Origin: Eledone cirrhosa
Taxonomy: Eukaryota
Direction of reading: 5' to 3'
Assembly: GCA_964016885.1 (NCBI GenBank)
Contig: OZ024743.1
Location: 166,904,001-166,968,000, forward strand
DNA length: 64,000 bases
Every line of letters starts with the position of its first letter. The first letter of the stretch is position 1. Shown here piece after piece: positions 1 to 14,250 of this stretch. The notes beneath the pieces were generated by a model. The model was not told the origin of the DNA. It saw only the letters and a program-made list of their open reading frames with translations, and did no database searches. The translations under genes were made by a program, and so were the position numbers.

Positions 1-430
1 GTTTGTAAAAGTTACTCGTAAAAGCAGTCTTTCTCTTCTTTTTCTAGGCCTGCCTGGGGAGCATAGCCAGAGATGATTGTCAGTAGTCTCTTGCCTACAA
101 CTAATCTAAGCTTAATTATTCTATCACTAACTCTAACTACCTCTATTCTCTTATTGATCCACCTCTCAGCCAGTAATATGCCCACCCCACCTAACCCATC
201 ATCATTACCCACCCAGAAAAGCTTATAACTACGATGTTTGCCTGCGATTAGTCTTGCAGGGGCACCTCTCCATCTCACCTCTTGCACACAGCACACATCC
301 ACATACCTTCTCTCCAGCATCTCCGCTATTTCACCAGATCTACCTGTTACAGTGCCAACATTAAGTGTGGCAACTCTGAGATGCGACGTCTCGTTCTTTT
401 TCCTGTTGTGTGATTGCTTGATGATGGTTG
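1..430 (-). mobile_element. RTE-clade LINE 5' part (APE endonuclease N-terminus), runs off the window edge
   Basis: ORF 12..584 contains LRVATLNVGT..EMLERR.VDVCCVQEVRW (APE motifs) and closely matches the copy at 10250-10629. Confidence 0.9.
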
Positions 431-1001
431 TGGGGTTCTCACACATGGCCGCACCACCCACCCCACTACCATGCACAGCCCTAACATGGTTAGTGTTATC
501 GCTGTTTACACTGTTGTTGCAAATTTCAATTGTTGTGTTCATAGTGTTTGGCAGTAGTATATTTACTGGTTGGATGCCCTTCATAACACCAACACCACTT
601 TACAGCATGGACTGGGTGCTTTTATTCGTTCCACCAGCACTAGAGAGATCGTCTTATTGGACTCAGGGACCTTAGCCACCCCTCCATTTTACAGCATGGA
701 CTGGGTGCTTTTATTTGTGCCACAGCATTAGGGAAGTTGTCTTACTGGACTTAGGGGACTTCTCTACCCTGCACCAATTTATTCGGAGTGGTAGCTCTCC
801 TAGACGGGTTGCCTACACTACGGCTTACGGAGCCTCCATCCACCCCTTGTCTGTTTGATAATATATTCACAAGGGTGCAGTTATCGTACAGCGTCAGGCA
901 TGTATACCAAATGTGGTAGAGGTGGGGTGGGTGGGAAGTGAGAAGGAAATATGGCTATACGCACAAATTTAAATATTAACATTCACATCACATATATATA
1001 C

Positions 1002-1048
<47 letters not shown>

Positions 1049-1543
1049 TATACATACATATATACATGTCACATACCTTCATATATATATAAATATGTAC
1101 AAATGTCATGTGAACCGAAAATTCTTGGAGATAGGAATAATAACAATAAACTTATTTCAACGGATTCTCCAAATCTATATATACACATGTACATGTACAC
1201 ACATACACACTCCCAGATATATATATTGAATGAGTGTGAAAGACCAAAGATCATTATTGAAGGTCTCTGGATGTGTATACTTTTTATTGGAGAAGATAAG
1301 AACAGTTACTTGCATACTCTACTCTAAATAACAGTATACTATACATTCACGATTATTTAAAAATTTAATCATAACATTCTGTATTAACATTTAGTATTAC
1401 TGTATACTGCCAGTAATATGTACAGTATATATATACACTATAATTAGTAAAAAAAATACACATATCTTTCTGCAAAAATTTGATTACACCGTTTTGTTTT
1501 CAATTATGTATTTTTTGAAAATGTTATTTATCATTTATCATTA

Positions 1544-3105
1544 TCTATAAAAGGCAGATTGTTGTTGTTGTGTGTGTGTGTGCATGTTCCATGTTTATAC
1601 ATTTGCACAATTTCAAACCGATTCGACTCAAAGTCTGTAAGAATGTTGTAAATGGTCTAACTTAGGTCAACAACTATTTATTTCATTCACATTCACCCAT
1701 AATTATGGAAATAATCGATAAAACTAAATACAATCAGATACCCCTCTAATACAATCAGATACCCCCTCTCTACTCCCCTTAAACTTTAAGAGAGAGAGAG
1801 AGTGAGAGAGAACGTTTGTTTTTGAGTGTGGAACGGTCAAACATTTATTTACTTCATTGACAAAGAGAACTTATTACATTTCATACAAAACAACAATTAT
1901 TCAAAAGGAACAGATAAATTTATTCAACAACAAAAAAAAATAGCGATAAATCTTTTTTTAAACATCTATCAACGAACGTGGAAGAAAGAAGTATCAGTTC
2001 ATTTACTATACACAATAATATCCTCTATGTGGTCACTAAACCTGCTAGAAACAGCAGCTAACTCTCCCCCATATCACACCACTCCCTACTGTCTTAAATT
2101 TAGAAAACATATCCTCTATGAGGTCACTAAACCTGCTAGAAACAGCAGCTAACTCTCCTCCATATCACACCACTCCCTACTGTCTTAAATTTAGAAAACA
2201 TATCCTCTATGAGGTCAATAAACCTGCTAGAAACAGCAGCTAACTCTCCCCCATATCACACCACTCCCTACTGTCTTAAATTTAGAAAACATATCCTCTA
2301 TGAGGTCACTAAACCTGCTAGAAACAGCAGCTAACTCTCTCCCATATCACACCACTCCCTACTGTCCTAAATTTAGAAAACATATCCTCTATGAGGTCAC
2401 TAAACCTGCTAGAAACAGCAGCTAACTCTCCGCCATATCACACCACTCCCTACTGTCTTAAATTTAGAAAACATATCCTCTATGAGGTCACTAAACCTGC
2501 TAGAAACAGCAGCTAACTCTCCCCCATATCACACCACTCCCTACTGTCCTAAATTTAGAAAACATATCCTCTATGAGGTCAATAAACCTGCTAGAAACAG
2601 CAGCTAACTCTCCCCCATATCACACCACTCCCTACTGTCTTAAATTTAGAAAACATATCCTCTATGAGGTCAATAAACCTGCTAGAAACAGCAGCTAACT
2701 CTCCCCCATATCACACCACTCCCTACTGTCTTAAATTTAGAAAACATATCTTCTATGAGGTCACTAAACCTGCTAGAAACAGCAGCTAACTCTCCCCCAT
2801 ATCACACCACTCCCTACTGTCTTAAATTTAGAAAACATACATTAGACAACCATGCAGAACAACTCCATCGCAGCTCTGTTGTTTGGCTGGCATCGTCTAC
2901 ACGCGTGTTGCGCAAGTAGTGTGAAACAATAAATTTCAACACTTCTTTGCACAGATAGGCGAAACTACAATTGTCACTGCTGGCGCAGCTCCTGTTTCGG
3001 CAGTCCAGGTCTGCAATTCATTCACCCAGTGCTGCCATAAAATGGGTGGTGCAACCTAACTTTGGTAACTTACTGACCCCGAGCAACGCCGGGCTTTAAT
3101 GCTAG
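1544..3105 (+). mobile_element. Non-autonomous Helitron
   Basis: Starts A|TCTATAAAAGG; ends with hairpin cccgagcaacgccggg then CTAG|T; inserted between A and T; no TSD. Confidence 0.8.
2021..2839. repeat. Tandem repeat, 91-bp unit x9, inside the Helitron
   Basis: Unit tcctctatgaggtcactaaacctgctagaaacagc... recurs at 2021, 2112, 2203, 2294, 2385, 2476, 2567, 2658, 2749. Confidence 0.97.
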
Positions 3106-3194
3106 TTCATTATAAAAATTAAATGATAGTATTCTATATATGGGTCGGCCTCCTTTATCTCCTGACAACCAATAATTTTGGACCCAGTCCGCCT

Positions 3195-3365
3195 CTGATG
3201 ACAGCTGTGTAAAAAGGTGCAGAGTGCTCAAAGTTGATGGAAGCTATAGAGTAGGAAGATATAGGAAGACTTGGGATGAAGTGATAAAAGCTGACCTCAC
3301 ACAATTGCACCTCCCAAACACGATGACACAGGACCAAGATCTCTGGTGTTATGCAGTAATACGAG
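3195..3365 (+). mobile_element. RTE LINE 3' coding fragment
   Basis: Matches the DDSCIKRC..KVDG..VGRP..TWDEVIKADL end of the RTE ORFs elsewhere in the window. Confidence 0.75.
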
Positions 3366-3611
3366 TTGAAGCATACATCTAGTACACACCACTTCCCCTC
3401 CATCCCTGCCCACGTCCCTAGATCTACCTCCTCAATCTCCATGCACCTCCCACATATAACGGAAGGAGTGAGGAATGCATATTTATACTTTTCAGTTATT
3501 TTGGATAAGTTGGAAGAGTTGAGACATTTAACGATACTTGTTATATCACATATAAGAGTACAATCTAATCATTGTAAAATGAGACTTCGAAGAAAGACCT
3601 TTATCCAGAGT

Positions 3612-3730
3612 TCATCATCATCATCACCGTTTTACGTCCGTTCTTCCATGCTAACATGGGTTAGACGGGTTGTCCTGTTGTGGGCAGTGTCTGGTCGGCT
3701 GACCATGCCTTGCTCATACAGGAACTGATT
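3612..3730 (-). mobile_element. RTE 3' tail fragment ending in (GAT)n
   Basis: Near-identical to the 3' end of the RTE at 46789-46915. Confidence 0.85.
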
Positions 3731-3769
3731 ATATATTATCACTGGTGTCTAATTGTTGCCTCGTGGAAA

Positions 3770-3900
3770 GGTTACAACATAATGTCATGATGATTCTTCC
3801 TTAATACATGTAACAAACGGCCTTCTGATACCAATATACAAATAATTATGCCTTCGACACTCAGTAACGTTATATAAGCATTTTATTGTCTGGAAGGCTA
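3770..3900 (-). mobile_element. Possible Penelope GIY-YIG endonuclease remnant
   Basis: Minus-strand translation YLYIGIRRPFVTCIKE resembles the YIG.T.R.L..RIKEH motif. Confidence 0.4.
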
Positions 3901-4214
3901 AATATATAAGTACACATGAGGATATTAAATTAAAGGCAGTAACTAGCCGTCCATTTGATAAGTTAGCCAGGGTTAGAAAGAAACTTCCTGGAACAATGCA
4001 GGAAATATTCAATACATCTTCGTCGGAAATATTCAGAACATGGTAGGAAATATTCAGTTCGTCTTCTGTTGGCAGTCAGGAAATCTCTGTCTCAACCCCG
4101 TTTTCTAGAACAGGAGTAACGGAATATTCATGCGCGAGTTACACGATTGGTCAACCAGTAACCAAATTGCGCATGAAAGATTGTTGTTGCGAGATACAAA
4201 ATAATGCTGCTATA

Positions 4215-4437
4215 CACACATAAGTCCCCAATCCACACTGTAGAGTAGTCATGTAGGTGTAATGACAAAAAAGCACCCAGTACACTGTAATTGTGGTTGG
4301 TGTAGAAACCAAGCCAAAATAAGTTCTGTATGAGCATGACATGGTCATCTGACCCGGTTTGTCTCACAATGAGACAACTCGTCTAAACCATGCTAGTGTA
4401 GAAAAATGGACGTTAAACAGTGATGATAATGATGATA
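4215..4437 (+). mobile_element. RTE-type 3' tail / SINE tail fragment
   Basis: aaaagcacccagtacactgt ... aaccatgctagtgtagaaaaatggacgttaaa ... gatgat, shared with the RTE tails. Confidence 0.7.
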
Positions 4438-4603
4438 CACATACATCAGTAAATACTATGTTATCATTGCAGAAGGATGCTTTGATAGAAAGACAAAAAA
4501 GGAAACAAAAGTAAAGAAAAGAGTACATAGAAACTTCTGTTTGTTTCTATTAGCTAACATGGTCTTGAACAAGGGAGGAGGAGATGATGAAAGAAAGACA
4601 AGC

Positions 4604-4707
<104 letters not shown>

Positions 4708-4915
4708 ACAGGCAATAGGCGTGTAGAAGAGTGTGAGTAAGCACGTAGGTGAGAGTGAAGGGAGAAAGAAACAGAAAGAACAGGAAAAAAAAAGATACAC
4801 ACACACACACTGATTGATACCTACATTCATATACATGTTTCTATGTATATTTACCCACCCATATATATAGACATACATACATATTCTACACATACATAAA
4901 CACAAAGAGAACTTA

Positions 4916-5047
<132 letters not shown>

Positions 5048-5467
5048 TTAGTTATATAGATAGATACACAGTGGACATATGTAAATTTTGTGGAGAGACA
5101 TACATAATACATACATATATATATATATATACATGATCTGGAGCTACAACAAAAAGCACCCAGTCCATCCTGTATGGTGGTCAGGTTAGTGACACAAGAA
5201 AAAAAACACTCAGTCCATCCAATAAGGTGGTCTTTTTGATGCCTTGATAAAAAAAACACCTAGTTCATACTTTAAGGTGGTTGTGCAAGTGACACAACAA
5301 AAAAGCACCCAGTCCACATTGTAACATGGTTGACATTAGGAAGGGCATAAAGCAGTAGAAAGCAAGCCAAAATACAGATCTGCATGAGCAACCTCCACTA
5401 TCAACTGCCCCTGCTGCCACCACTAACACCACTGTTACTGCCTCCAATACCACCACTATTACCTCCA

Positions 5468-5650
5468 CCGGCAGTATCGGTAGAGGGTTGGACACCACGC
5501 TTTGACGCATAGAGTTACAGCCCTTGCCATTCTGAGTTCAAATCCTGCTGAGGTTAACTTTGCCTTCCATCCTTACAGGGTCGATAAAATAAAGTACCAG
5601 TAATGCACTGGGTAATTGCTGGCCTTGTGCCAAAAGTAGAAACAATTATT
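5468..5650 (+). mobile_element. tRNA-derived SINE
   Basis: B-box gagttcaaatcc, body ...gtcgataaaataaagtaccag..., (ATT)n tail; further copies at 7189, 18290 and 19518. Confidence 0.85.
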
Positions 5651-6145
5651 ATCATTATTGTTTATAGTTTTAGGACATGAAACTTAAGATCTAATATGAA
5701 ATTAATATCAAGATACTGAATATAAAGAAATAAAAATACATTAGTAATATCAATACTCTGATTGCACAGTGTTCAGTAAAAGAACAGGATGTTGGAAAGC
5801 CTTTGATCATATGTCTGTCAATCATAGCTGACCTATGACTGAACAGCAACAGCACCTTACACATCAGTATCCAATTGTACACACATAGATACACACAACC
5901 AAGAGCACTTACATGCACATACACCACAGAAAAACATCATATAACACACACACACAACCAACCAACAGCACCACCACACAAAACACCACATATACATACA
6001 CCATACAACTAAATCACAAATACCACCAACAGCAACAACAATAAAAAGAGAAAAAAAGTCTGGTGTAATGAGGCAAAGTGGAATATTAATTGGTTATGAA
6101 TAAATGAATAATTAATATACAGTGTCATATATATATATATATGTG

Positions 6146-6569
6146 GTAAATTTCTTTAAGTCGTTTGGAAGCCTCGACAATGCAGATGGGTAAATCTCCG
6201 GGTAACAAGATCCGGTGGTGGAGAGAGAGATGTAAGTGGGTGGACGTTGAGATGTGTGGCGTGTATAAGACTGTAACGTGTAGAGGAATGAAGCAAAGAG
6301 CGTAAAGGATAAAAATAAAAATAACAACACGAGAAAGAGTTACCTTGGGAGACAATTAAATCTCTCCCAACGTAACTCTTTCTCGTGTTGTTATTTTTAT
6401 TTTTATCCTTTACGCTCTTTGCTTCATTCCTCTACACGTTACAGTCTTATACACACCACGCATCTCAACGTACACCCACTTACATCTCTCTCTCCACCAC
6501 CGGATCTTGTTACCCGGAGATTTACCCATCTGCATTGTCGAGGCTTCCAAACGACTTAAAGATATTTAC
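6146..6569. repeat. Long fold-back inverted repeat (~207-bp arms, ~10-nt loop)
   Basis: 6146-6352 is the near-perfect reverse complement of 6363-6569; TA microsatellite on both sides. Confidence 0.95.
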
Positions 6570-6609
6570 TTATTATTCCACAATGCTTCAAGCTAACTTC
6601 AATACTCTC

Positions 6610-6643
<34 letters not shown>

Positions 6644-6700
6644 ACTATATATATATATACACTATATACATAATATTCATACATGTAATAATTAATCATA

Positions 6701-7042
6701 CAGTGGAACCTCGGTTCACGAACACCTCTCATCATAAACAAATCAGTTCATGAACAATGTTTTTGCACACGAAACGTTTCAGGTGACGAACGGTGTCTTG
6801 AGTAATGAACACGCAAGCTGCCAACCATGAGTGGCAACAAGGTGGGAGAATCGGTGGGAAATCACCACTTGCTGTATAATTAGTTACCATGGTGATATCT
6901 ATCTGTCTTTCACACACAGTCTCCGGTATTTCTCTCTCAAATTTTGTATGGAAAAATATGTTACGAACAATAGGTTTACAAACATTTTGGGTGACGAACA
7001 GTCTTCAGGAATGAATTTATTTTATGAACCAAGGTTCCACTG
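6701..7042. mobile_element. pogo/Tigger-like MITE
   Basis: TIRs cagtggaacctcggttca ... tgaaccaaggttccactg, flanked by TA. Confidence 0.88.
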
Positions 7043-7188
7043 TATATGATAATGTAGAAGACTGAAGTTAGTGTTTGTATGCATAAGACGGATGATAAAT
7101 GATAATCAAAATGTCTGTTCAAAATACCATATTATTTAATGATATTAAATATTATTTAATTATATTAAATATTATTTAATGATATTTA

Positions 7189-7369
7189 ATTGTTTCTACT
7201 TTAGGCACAAGGCCAGCAATTACCCAGTGCATTACTGGTACTTTATTTTATCGACCCCGTAAGGATGAAAGGCAAAGTCAACCTCGGCGGGATTTGAACT
7301 CAGATCGTAAAGGGATGTAACTATGCTGGAAAGCATGGCGTCCGACCCTCTACCAATACTGCCAATCCA
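7189..7369 (-). mobile_element. tRNA-derived SINE
   Basis: Reverse complement of the SINE family at 5468. Confidence 0.85.
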
Positions 7370-7431
7370 AATGACTAAGAAACTTTTTCTAGGTAGAAAA
7401 GTAGTAGTGACTTTGAAGTTTCATATACATA

Positions 7432-10400
7432 CATCATCATCATCATTTTATGTTCGCTCTTCCTTGCTGTGGTGGGATGGGTCTTATTCAGCATAGCATC
7501 TCTCAACTCGTCACGGTCCTTCGTCATCTCCACCGTGAGCTTCAACGATCTGAGGTCTGTTCTCACCACCTCCGCCCATGTTTGTCGTGGTCTACCTTTA
7601 CCCCGTCTTCCTTCAACTGGCATGTCCTGGCACTTCTTCACCCATCGGTCATCCTCCATGCGCATTATATGTCCATACCACCTCAGGTTCCTGTCCCGTA
7701 CACTACATTCTATCCCCCTCAGACACAGGTTCTCTTTCAACACATTCATGCTGGGTTGTTCACGCACATTTACACTGCACATCCAACAGAGCATGCTTTC
7801 CTCCTTTCTATACCACCGAAGTCTCCTCTGTCGCACACTACAATATCCCTCTCAGACACAGTTTCTCTCTCAACACATCCATCGGTCGTTCACGCACATT
7901 GACATTGCACATCCAACGGAGAATGCTTGCCTCATTTCTCTCCAGCCGTCACATATCCTCTGCAGTTGCTGCCCATGTCTCACTACCAATCAGCATCGTG
8001 CTCCTCACACAGGCATCATATAACCGGCCTTTCGTACGCAGAGAGAAACCCTTCTTCGTCAGCAGAAGAAGCAGCTCCCTAAACTTCTTCCAACCCATCC
8101 TTATTCTAGATACTATGGCCTCGGAACACCCCCCCCCCTGCTAATCTGATCTCCTAGGTACCGGAAGCTATCCACCACTTCTATAGCGCCCTCCTGCATT
8201 TGAAAAATGTGTCTATCAATGCGACTTCTACTGTCTAATTTCCCTGTACGTCTACTGCATACATATTTCTCCCTACCTGTTAGTTTACCTGCTATCCCGC
8301 TACATCTCTTGTGTACCCAGGAACTGCGTTGTGTGCATTTTATAGAATTTATGCCAGTTCCTTTTCTGCATATTGAACATGGCCATTTCCCTGATGGAAT
8401 CAGAGTTTTGTCCTCTTTTCTAGTCATCAACACTTTTGTCTTAGCTAGGTTCACTCTCAGTCCTCTTGCTTCCAACTGCTGTTTCCATAGCCAGAATTTA
8501 TTCTCTACTGATTCTGCTATGAGAACCAGATCGTCAGCATACAGAGGTTCCCATGGACAGCCAGACTTAAACTCCTCTGTTATGGCTTGGAAGACTATAA
8601 TGAACAAGAGCGTGCTGAGGACTGAACCTTGATGTACTCCTACTTGTATCTGGAATTCCTCACTAAACTCCATTCCTACCCTGACTTTACTGACAGTACC
8701 TCTGTACAAAGTTTGCACTGTCCTCACAAGCCATTCCTCAACACCTAGTTTCCTTAGGGACCACCAGATGACAGATCGGGGTACCCTATCAAAGGCCTTC
8801 TCTAGGCCAACAAAGGCTAAGTATAGTGGCTTATTTTTCTCTAAGAACCTCTCTTGCAATTGTCTCACCAAGAAGCGGGCATCTGTTGTACTCTTCCCAG
8901 GCACAAAACCAAACTGCATCTCATCTAGTTTGACCCTTTCTCTAATTAGTTGTGTTAATATCCTTTCTGCCACTTTCATAACCTGATCCATCAGTTTTAT
9001 ACCCCTATAATTGCTCCTCTCCAGAGCATCCCCTTTACCTTTGTAGCAATTTATGAGAATACTGCTGCACCTGTCTTTCGGTATGACACCACCATATATA
9101 GCCTGATTGATGATGCGTGCAACCAGTTTAGTGCCTACATCCCCTGATGCCTTCAGCATCTCAACAACTATTCCCGATGGTCCAGCAGCCTTACCATTTT
9201 TCATTTCTTTAATCGCCTCTTGGACCCTATATTCGTCAATCTCAATAGCTGGTCCCTCAGTCGGATCTACTGAGGGTAATTTCTCTCTCTCCCATTCATT
9301 CTCCACATTCATCAGTCTCTCATAATGACATTTCCAGGCCTCCTTTTTCTAATCATTCGTTACACTAAGTACACCGGCATCATTCCGGACACATTTATCT
9401 CCAAGAACATCCTGATTTGCATTGACACACTGCCTTGCAATGTGGAACACCGAATGCCTCTGATCTTCCCGTCACAGAACATTGGCAAACCTCCTACTCT
9501 CAGCCTCCTTGCGTGCTAAGTACACCTGACGTCAAGCTTTTCTCTTAGCGGCTGTATATTCTTCCCTACTCTCACCCTTTTTCCAAGCCTTCCATGCTAG
9601 TCTTTTGTCTCTAATGGCCTTATCTACTGCACTGTTCCACCACCAGATCACTCTCTGTCTGGTTGGAGCTCTGCTCCAGCCACAAGTTTCATCAGTAGCC
9701 TGCAGTAAGTTGTCACGTAAGAAATTCCAGTTATTATCTATGTCATACGTATCTAAATCGTCTTCTTTTTCGTCATATACATCTTGAAGGGCTTTCCTAA
9801 ATTTGTATTTTAGTGAAAGGTCTTTTAGCTTCCAGACCTTTCTTCTCCACACCTTCCTGTATGTCTCATTCCATCTCTTGCTTACTGAGATATCACTAAC
9901 GACTAACCTATGCTGTGAGGTACATTCTTCCCCAGGGTATGCCTTGTTATTAGACACTACCTGTCTGTCCCGCTGCCTAACTAGTAAGAAGTCAATCTGG
10001 CTTATGTGCTCGCCAGATTTGTAGGTTATTAGGTGATTGGCAGGTTCCTGGAAGTTTGTGTTGCAAATAGTCAGTGTACTTGCATCACAAAATTCAAGAA
10101 GCCTCACTCCTTCATTTCTTGAGCTGTAACCGTGCCCACCATGTACCCCAGTGTAACCATCCTGGAGCTGTCCAACATGACCATTGAAGTCCCCTGCTAG
10201 CATAACGATGTCTCTGTCCTCTGTCATTGTGGTTGTTTGTAAAAGTTGCTCGTAAAAGCAGGCTTTCTCATCTTTGCCTAGACCTGCTTGGGGAGCATAG
10301 GCAGAGATGATTGTCAGTAGTCTCCTGCCTACAACTAATCTAAGCTTAATTATTCGATTACTAACTCGAACTACCTCTATTGTCTTATTGATCCATCTCT

Positions 10401-10640
10401 CAGCCAGGAAAATGCCTACTCCCCCTAACCCATCAGCCTTACCTACCCAGAAAAGCTTATAGCTAAGATGTTTGCCTACGACTAGTCTCGCAGAAGCACC
10501 TCTCCATCTCACCTCTTGCACGCAGCACACATCCACATGCCTTCTCTCCAGCATCTCCGCTATTTCAGCAGATCTACTTCTGAAAGTGCCAACATTAAGT
10601 GTTGCAACTCTGAGATGCGACATCTTCATATTTTGTTGTT
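7432..10640 (-). mobile_element. RTE LINE, near-complete APE+RT with frameshifts
   Basis: ORF 9532..10629 (APE), ORF 8113..9312 (RT: QGSVLS, YADD), C-terminal fragments and (GAT)n tail at 7432; small internal duplication near 7700-7940. Confidence 0.93.
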
Positions 10641-11023
10641 GTTCCTATGTACTTGTTGCTGTGCTGCTAAGCGTTTTGGCATTGACACACTGGTTGGATG
10701 CCCTTCCTAACACCAGCGCCACTTTACAGCATATACTGGGTACTTTTATTTGTGCCACCAGCACTAGAGAGGATGTCTTACTACACTCAAGGGCCCTCTC
10801 TATCCCTCCATTTTACAGTATGGTCATAAAAAAAAAACACTTATTGACATGACACGCACACACACACTCAAACACCAACACTCATGTATACAAACACACA
10901 CACCACTCACATACACACATATATATATTACCGGCAGTACTGATACAAAATCAAAATCATGTCAACTGTTGACTTTTCCCAGTCCATTTCAGTTTTTATA
11001 TAATAATAATTGTTTGCTTTATG

Positions 11024-11710
11024 CTGGTGGTGGTGGTGGTGGATGGTGTCAGTGATGGTGATGGTGGATAGTGACTGATGGTGGCGATGGTGGTGGATGG
11101 TGGCGGTGGTAGTGGTGTGTGTGGTAGTAGTGTTGGTGGTGAAGGTGGTGGATGGTGCCAGTGATGGTGGTGGTGGTGGTTGTGGTGGTGGATGGCGATG
11201 GTGGTGGATGGTGACAGTGATGGTGTCAGTATGGTGATGGTGGTGGTAGTGGATGCTCAGTGATGGTGGTGGCAGTTGTTGTTGCTGTCGTTGTTATTGT
11301 TGTTGCTGTTGCTGCTGTTGTTGTTCTTCATTTCACTGATGCTGCTGCTGCAGACAATAGTGCTGTTGCTGTTATTGTAGCCACATATATATAAATACAT
11401 ACATACACACACATTCAACGCAGACAATGGTGTTGTAGTTGCTGGTGTTGTTGTTGTTGTTGTTGTTGCTGCTGCTGCTGCCGTTGTTGCTGTTCTTCAT
11501 TTCACCGATGGTGCTGTTGCTGTTATTGTAGTCGCATATATATAAATACATACACACACCTTCAACATATACAATGGTGTTGTTGCTGTTGCTGTTGTAG
11601 TTGTTGCTGCTGTCGTTTTTGTTGTTCTTCCTTTCACTGCTGCTGCTGCTGCAGACAATGGTGTTGTTGCTGCTGTTGTTGTAGTTGCTGTTGTTGTTGT
11701 AGTTGTTGCT
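11024..11710. repeat. Degenerate (GGT)n/(GTT)n/(GCT)n simple repeats
   Basis: Low-complexity trinucleotide runs. Confidence 0.9.
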
Positions 11711-11760
11711 ATGTTAAAATCTGGTCGCATCCACTGAGATATATATATATACACATATAT

Positions 11761-11815
<55 letters not shown>

Positions 11816-12254
11816 TACATCAAAGGAGTTAGCAGTTTGTCAACAGTCAACAGGTCAGCCAGCTTAGATAGGGTAATGAGTTATGTGGTGAGGGTGGGGA
11901 ACGAGTGTAGACGTTATTGTTATTGTGGTGGTGGTGGGGGGGGGGGGGGCAGTGAGATGTACAAGTTCATAGTTTACTTGTCTCTTTTTTTCCTCTCTTT
12001 TCAAAATTTGAATTTTTGGCCTTTTGCAATGCCGGACAAGTAAGCGTAAAATGTAAAATTTTTTTCTTCTAAATTGAGATTGCTCTGGAAGAATCTATGG
12101 AATATTTCTGTAGCTTCCACAGCTTTTCTCAGAACGTTTTCCGGCTTCCAATGAGTAAAAATTATTGTTGTATTTTGGTCTTCCAGAATACGAAAATTAA
12201 TAAAAATTTACTCCCACGAAAAACTGTGTGTTGTCCTATCTATAAGCTCCCTAC

Positions 12255-12290
12255 ATATGTATATATATAAAAATATACACATATATATAT

Positions 12291-12379
<89 letters not shown>

Positions 12380-12398
12380 CATATATATATATATATAT

Positions 12399-12463
<65 letters not shown>

Positions 12464-12476
12464 CATATATATATAT

Positions 12477-12558
<82 letters not shown>

Positions 12559-12591
12559 ATACAAAGGAACCAAATAAATATATATTTAAAA

Positions 12592-12639
<48 letters not shown>

Positions 12640-12662
12640 TACATATACATATATATACATAC

Positions 12663-12693
<31 letters not shown>

Positions 12694-12760
12694 CATATAT
12701 ATACATATATATACATACATATATATATATACATATATATACATACATATATATATATAT

Positions 12761-12844
<84 letters not shown>

Positions 12845-12907
12845 TCTCATATATATATACATACATATATATACAAATACATATATATATACATATGCAT
12901 ATGTACA

Positions 12908-12939
<32 letters not shown>

Positions 12940-13084
12940 CATATATATATACACATATATATATACATATATATATACATATATATATATACAAATACAT
13001 ATGCATATGTACATATATATATATATACATATATATATACATATATATATACACATATATACATATATATATACACATATATAT

Positions 13085-13131
<47 letters not shown>

Positions 13132-13220
13132 TATATATACACATATATATATATATACATATATATATACACATATATACATATATACATACACATATAT
13201 ATATATATATATATATACAT

Positions 13221-13281
<61 letters not shown>

Positions 13282-13311
13282 CATATATACATACATATAT
13301 ATATATATACA
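12255..13311. repeat. Large (TA)n/(TACA)n compound microsatellite
   Basis: About 1 kb of TA/CA repeats; source of the spurious YI-rich ORFs. Confidence 0.97.
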
Positions 13312-13873
13312 TGATACATTGATACATTATTGAGTATGGCCATTGCACGATTAATATTATTAATAATTATTAATTAATTCTATTGTGCAATGCCTGTGCG
13401 TAAAGATTTTTTTTAAATGAGGAAAGTCTGTGCACTATGCCAATCCCACTCTCTGAGCGAAAAGAAGAAAGGATCAACATCATCGGTAACTACTGAGCTG
13501 CATATTTTATATCGGAGTTATCCCAGTTTCCTGCGTTCCCTTCTCCTAGAAGAATGCTGTGACAAAGGCTAGGGGTCCTTCACTCCCAGTGGTTTAACCG
13601 CGTGATTGGGTGTCCAGCCCGACTATTTCTATGTCCCTGTGCAGATACATACACATATACATACATATGTACATGTGTATATACATATTTACACACTTTT
13701 GGATGGCCGTTGACTTTGATGAGTTCTTTGTCAGGCTTTGTTTTTGTCCTGCAGAGTGTCCAAAATCACCCTCCTCACCAAGTAAACTTGGTGGGGTTGC
13801 CGGTTTAGTCGCCGACAACCTGACCATGTGACAGGTTGTACATACACATATATATACATACATATATACACAC

Positions 13874-13904
<31 letters not shown>

Positions 13905-13989
13905 CATACACACATATATATACATATATATATATACATATATATATATATACATACACATATCTATATAATGTATATATATATACGTG

Positions 13990-14235
13990 TAGGTGTCACG
14001 ACAAAAAAACACACAGTCCACGCTGTAATGTGGCCGTGTAGGCAACACGGTAAAAACCTCCCAGACCCACACTGTAAATGTGGTTGGTGTTAGGAAGGGC
14101 ATCCAACTGTAGAAAACCTGCCAGACAGTCCTATGCGAGCAAGACAATCACTCTTGCCTCAAGTGGGACTACCCCCGTCCAAACCCATGCAAGCGTGGAA
14201 CACGGACGTTAAACGTTGATGATGATGATGATGAT
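13990..14235 (+). mobile_element. RTE 3' UTR fragment with (GAT)n tail
   Basis: Matches 60130-60380. Confidence 0.8.
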
Positions 14236-14250
14236 ATATATATATATATA

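Noticed and set aside
2021-2839. CRISPR-like regular array
   Set aside because: Units are contiguous and nearly identical with no unique spacers, no cas genes, and the context is eukaryotic
6146-6352. Twister-ribozyme-like pieces (ccggg-taacaag-atccgg and a downstream gagtta)
   Set aside because: P2 and the second pseudoknot could not be formed convincingly and the spacing is too long
12208-13348. Long YIYI/ICIY ORFs, also at about 951, 13594-14147, 15796, 46176-46912 and 62157-63540
   Set aside because: Translations of TA/CA microsatellites
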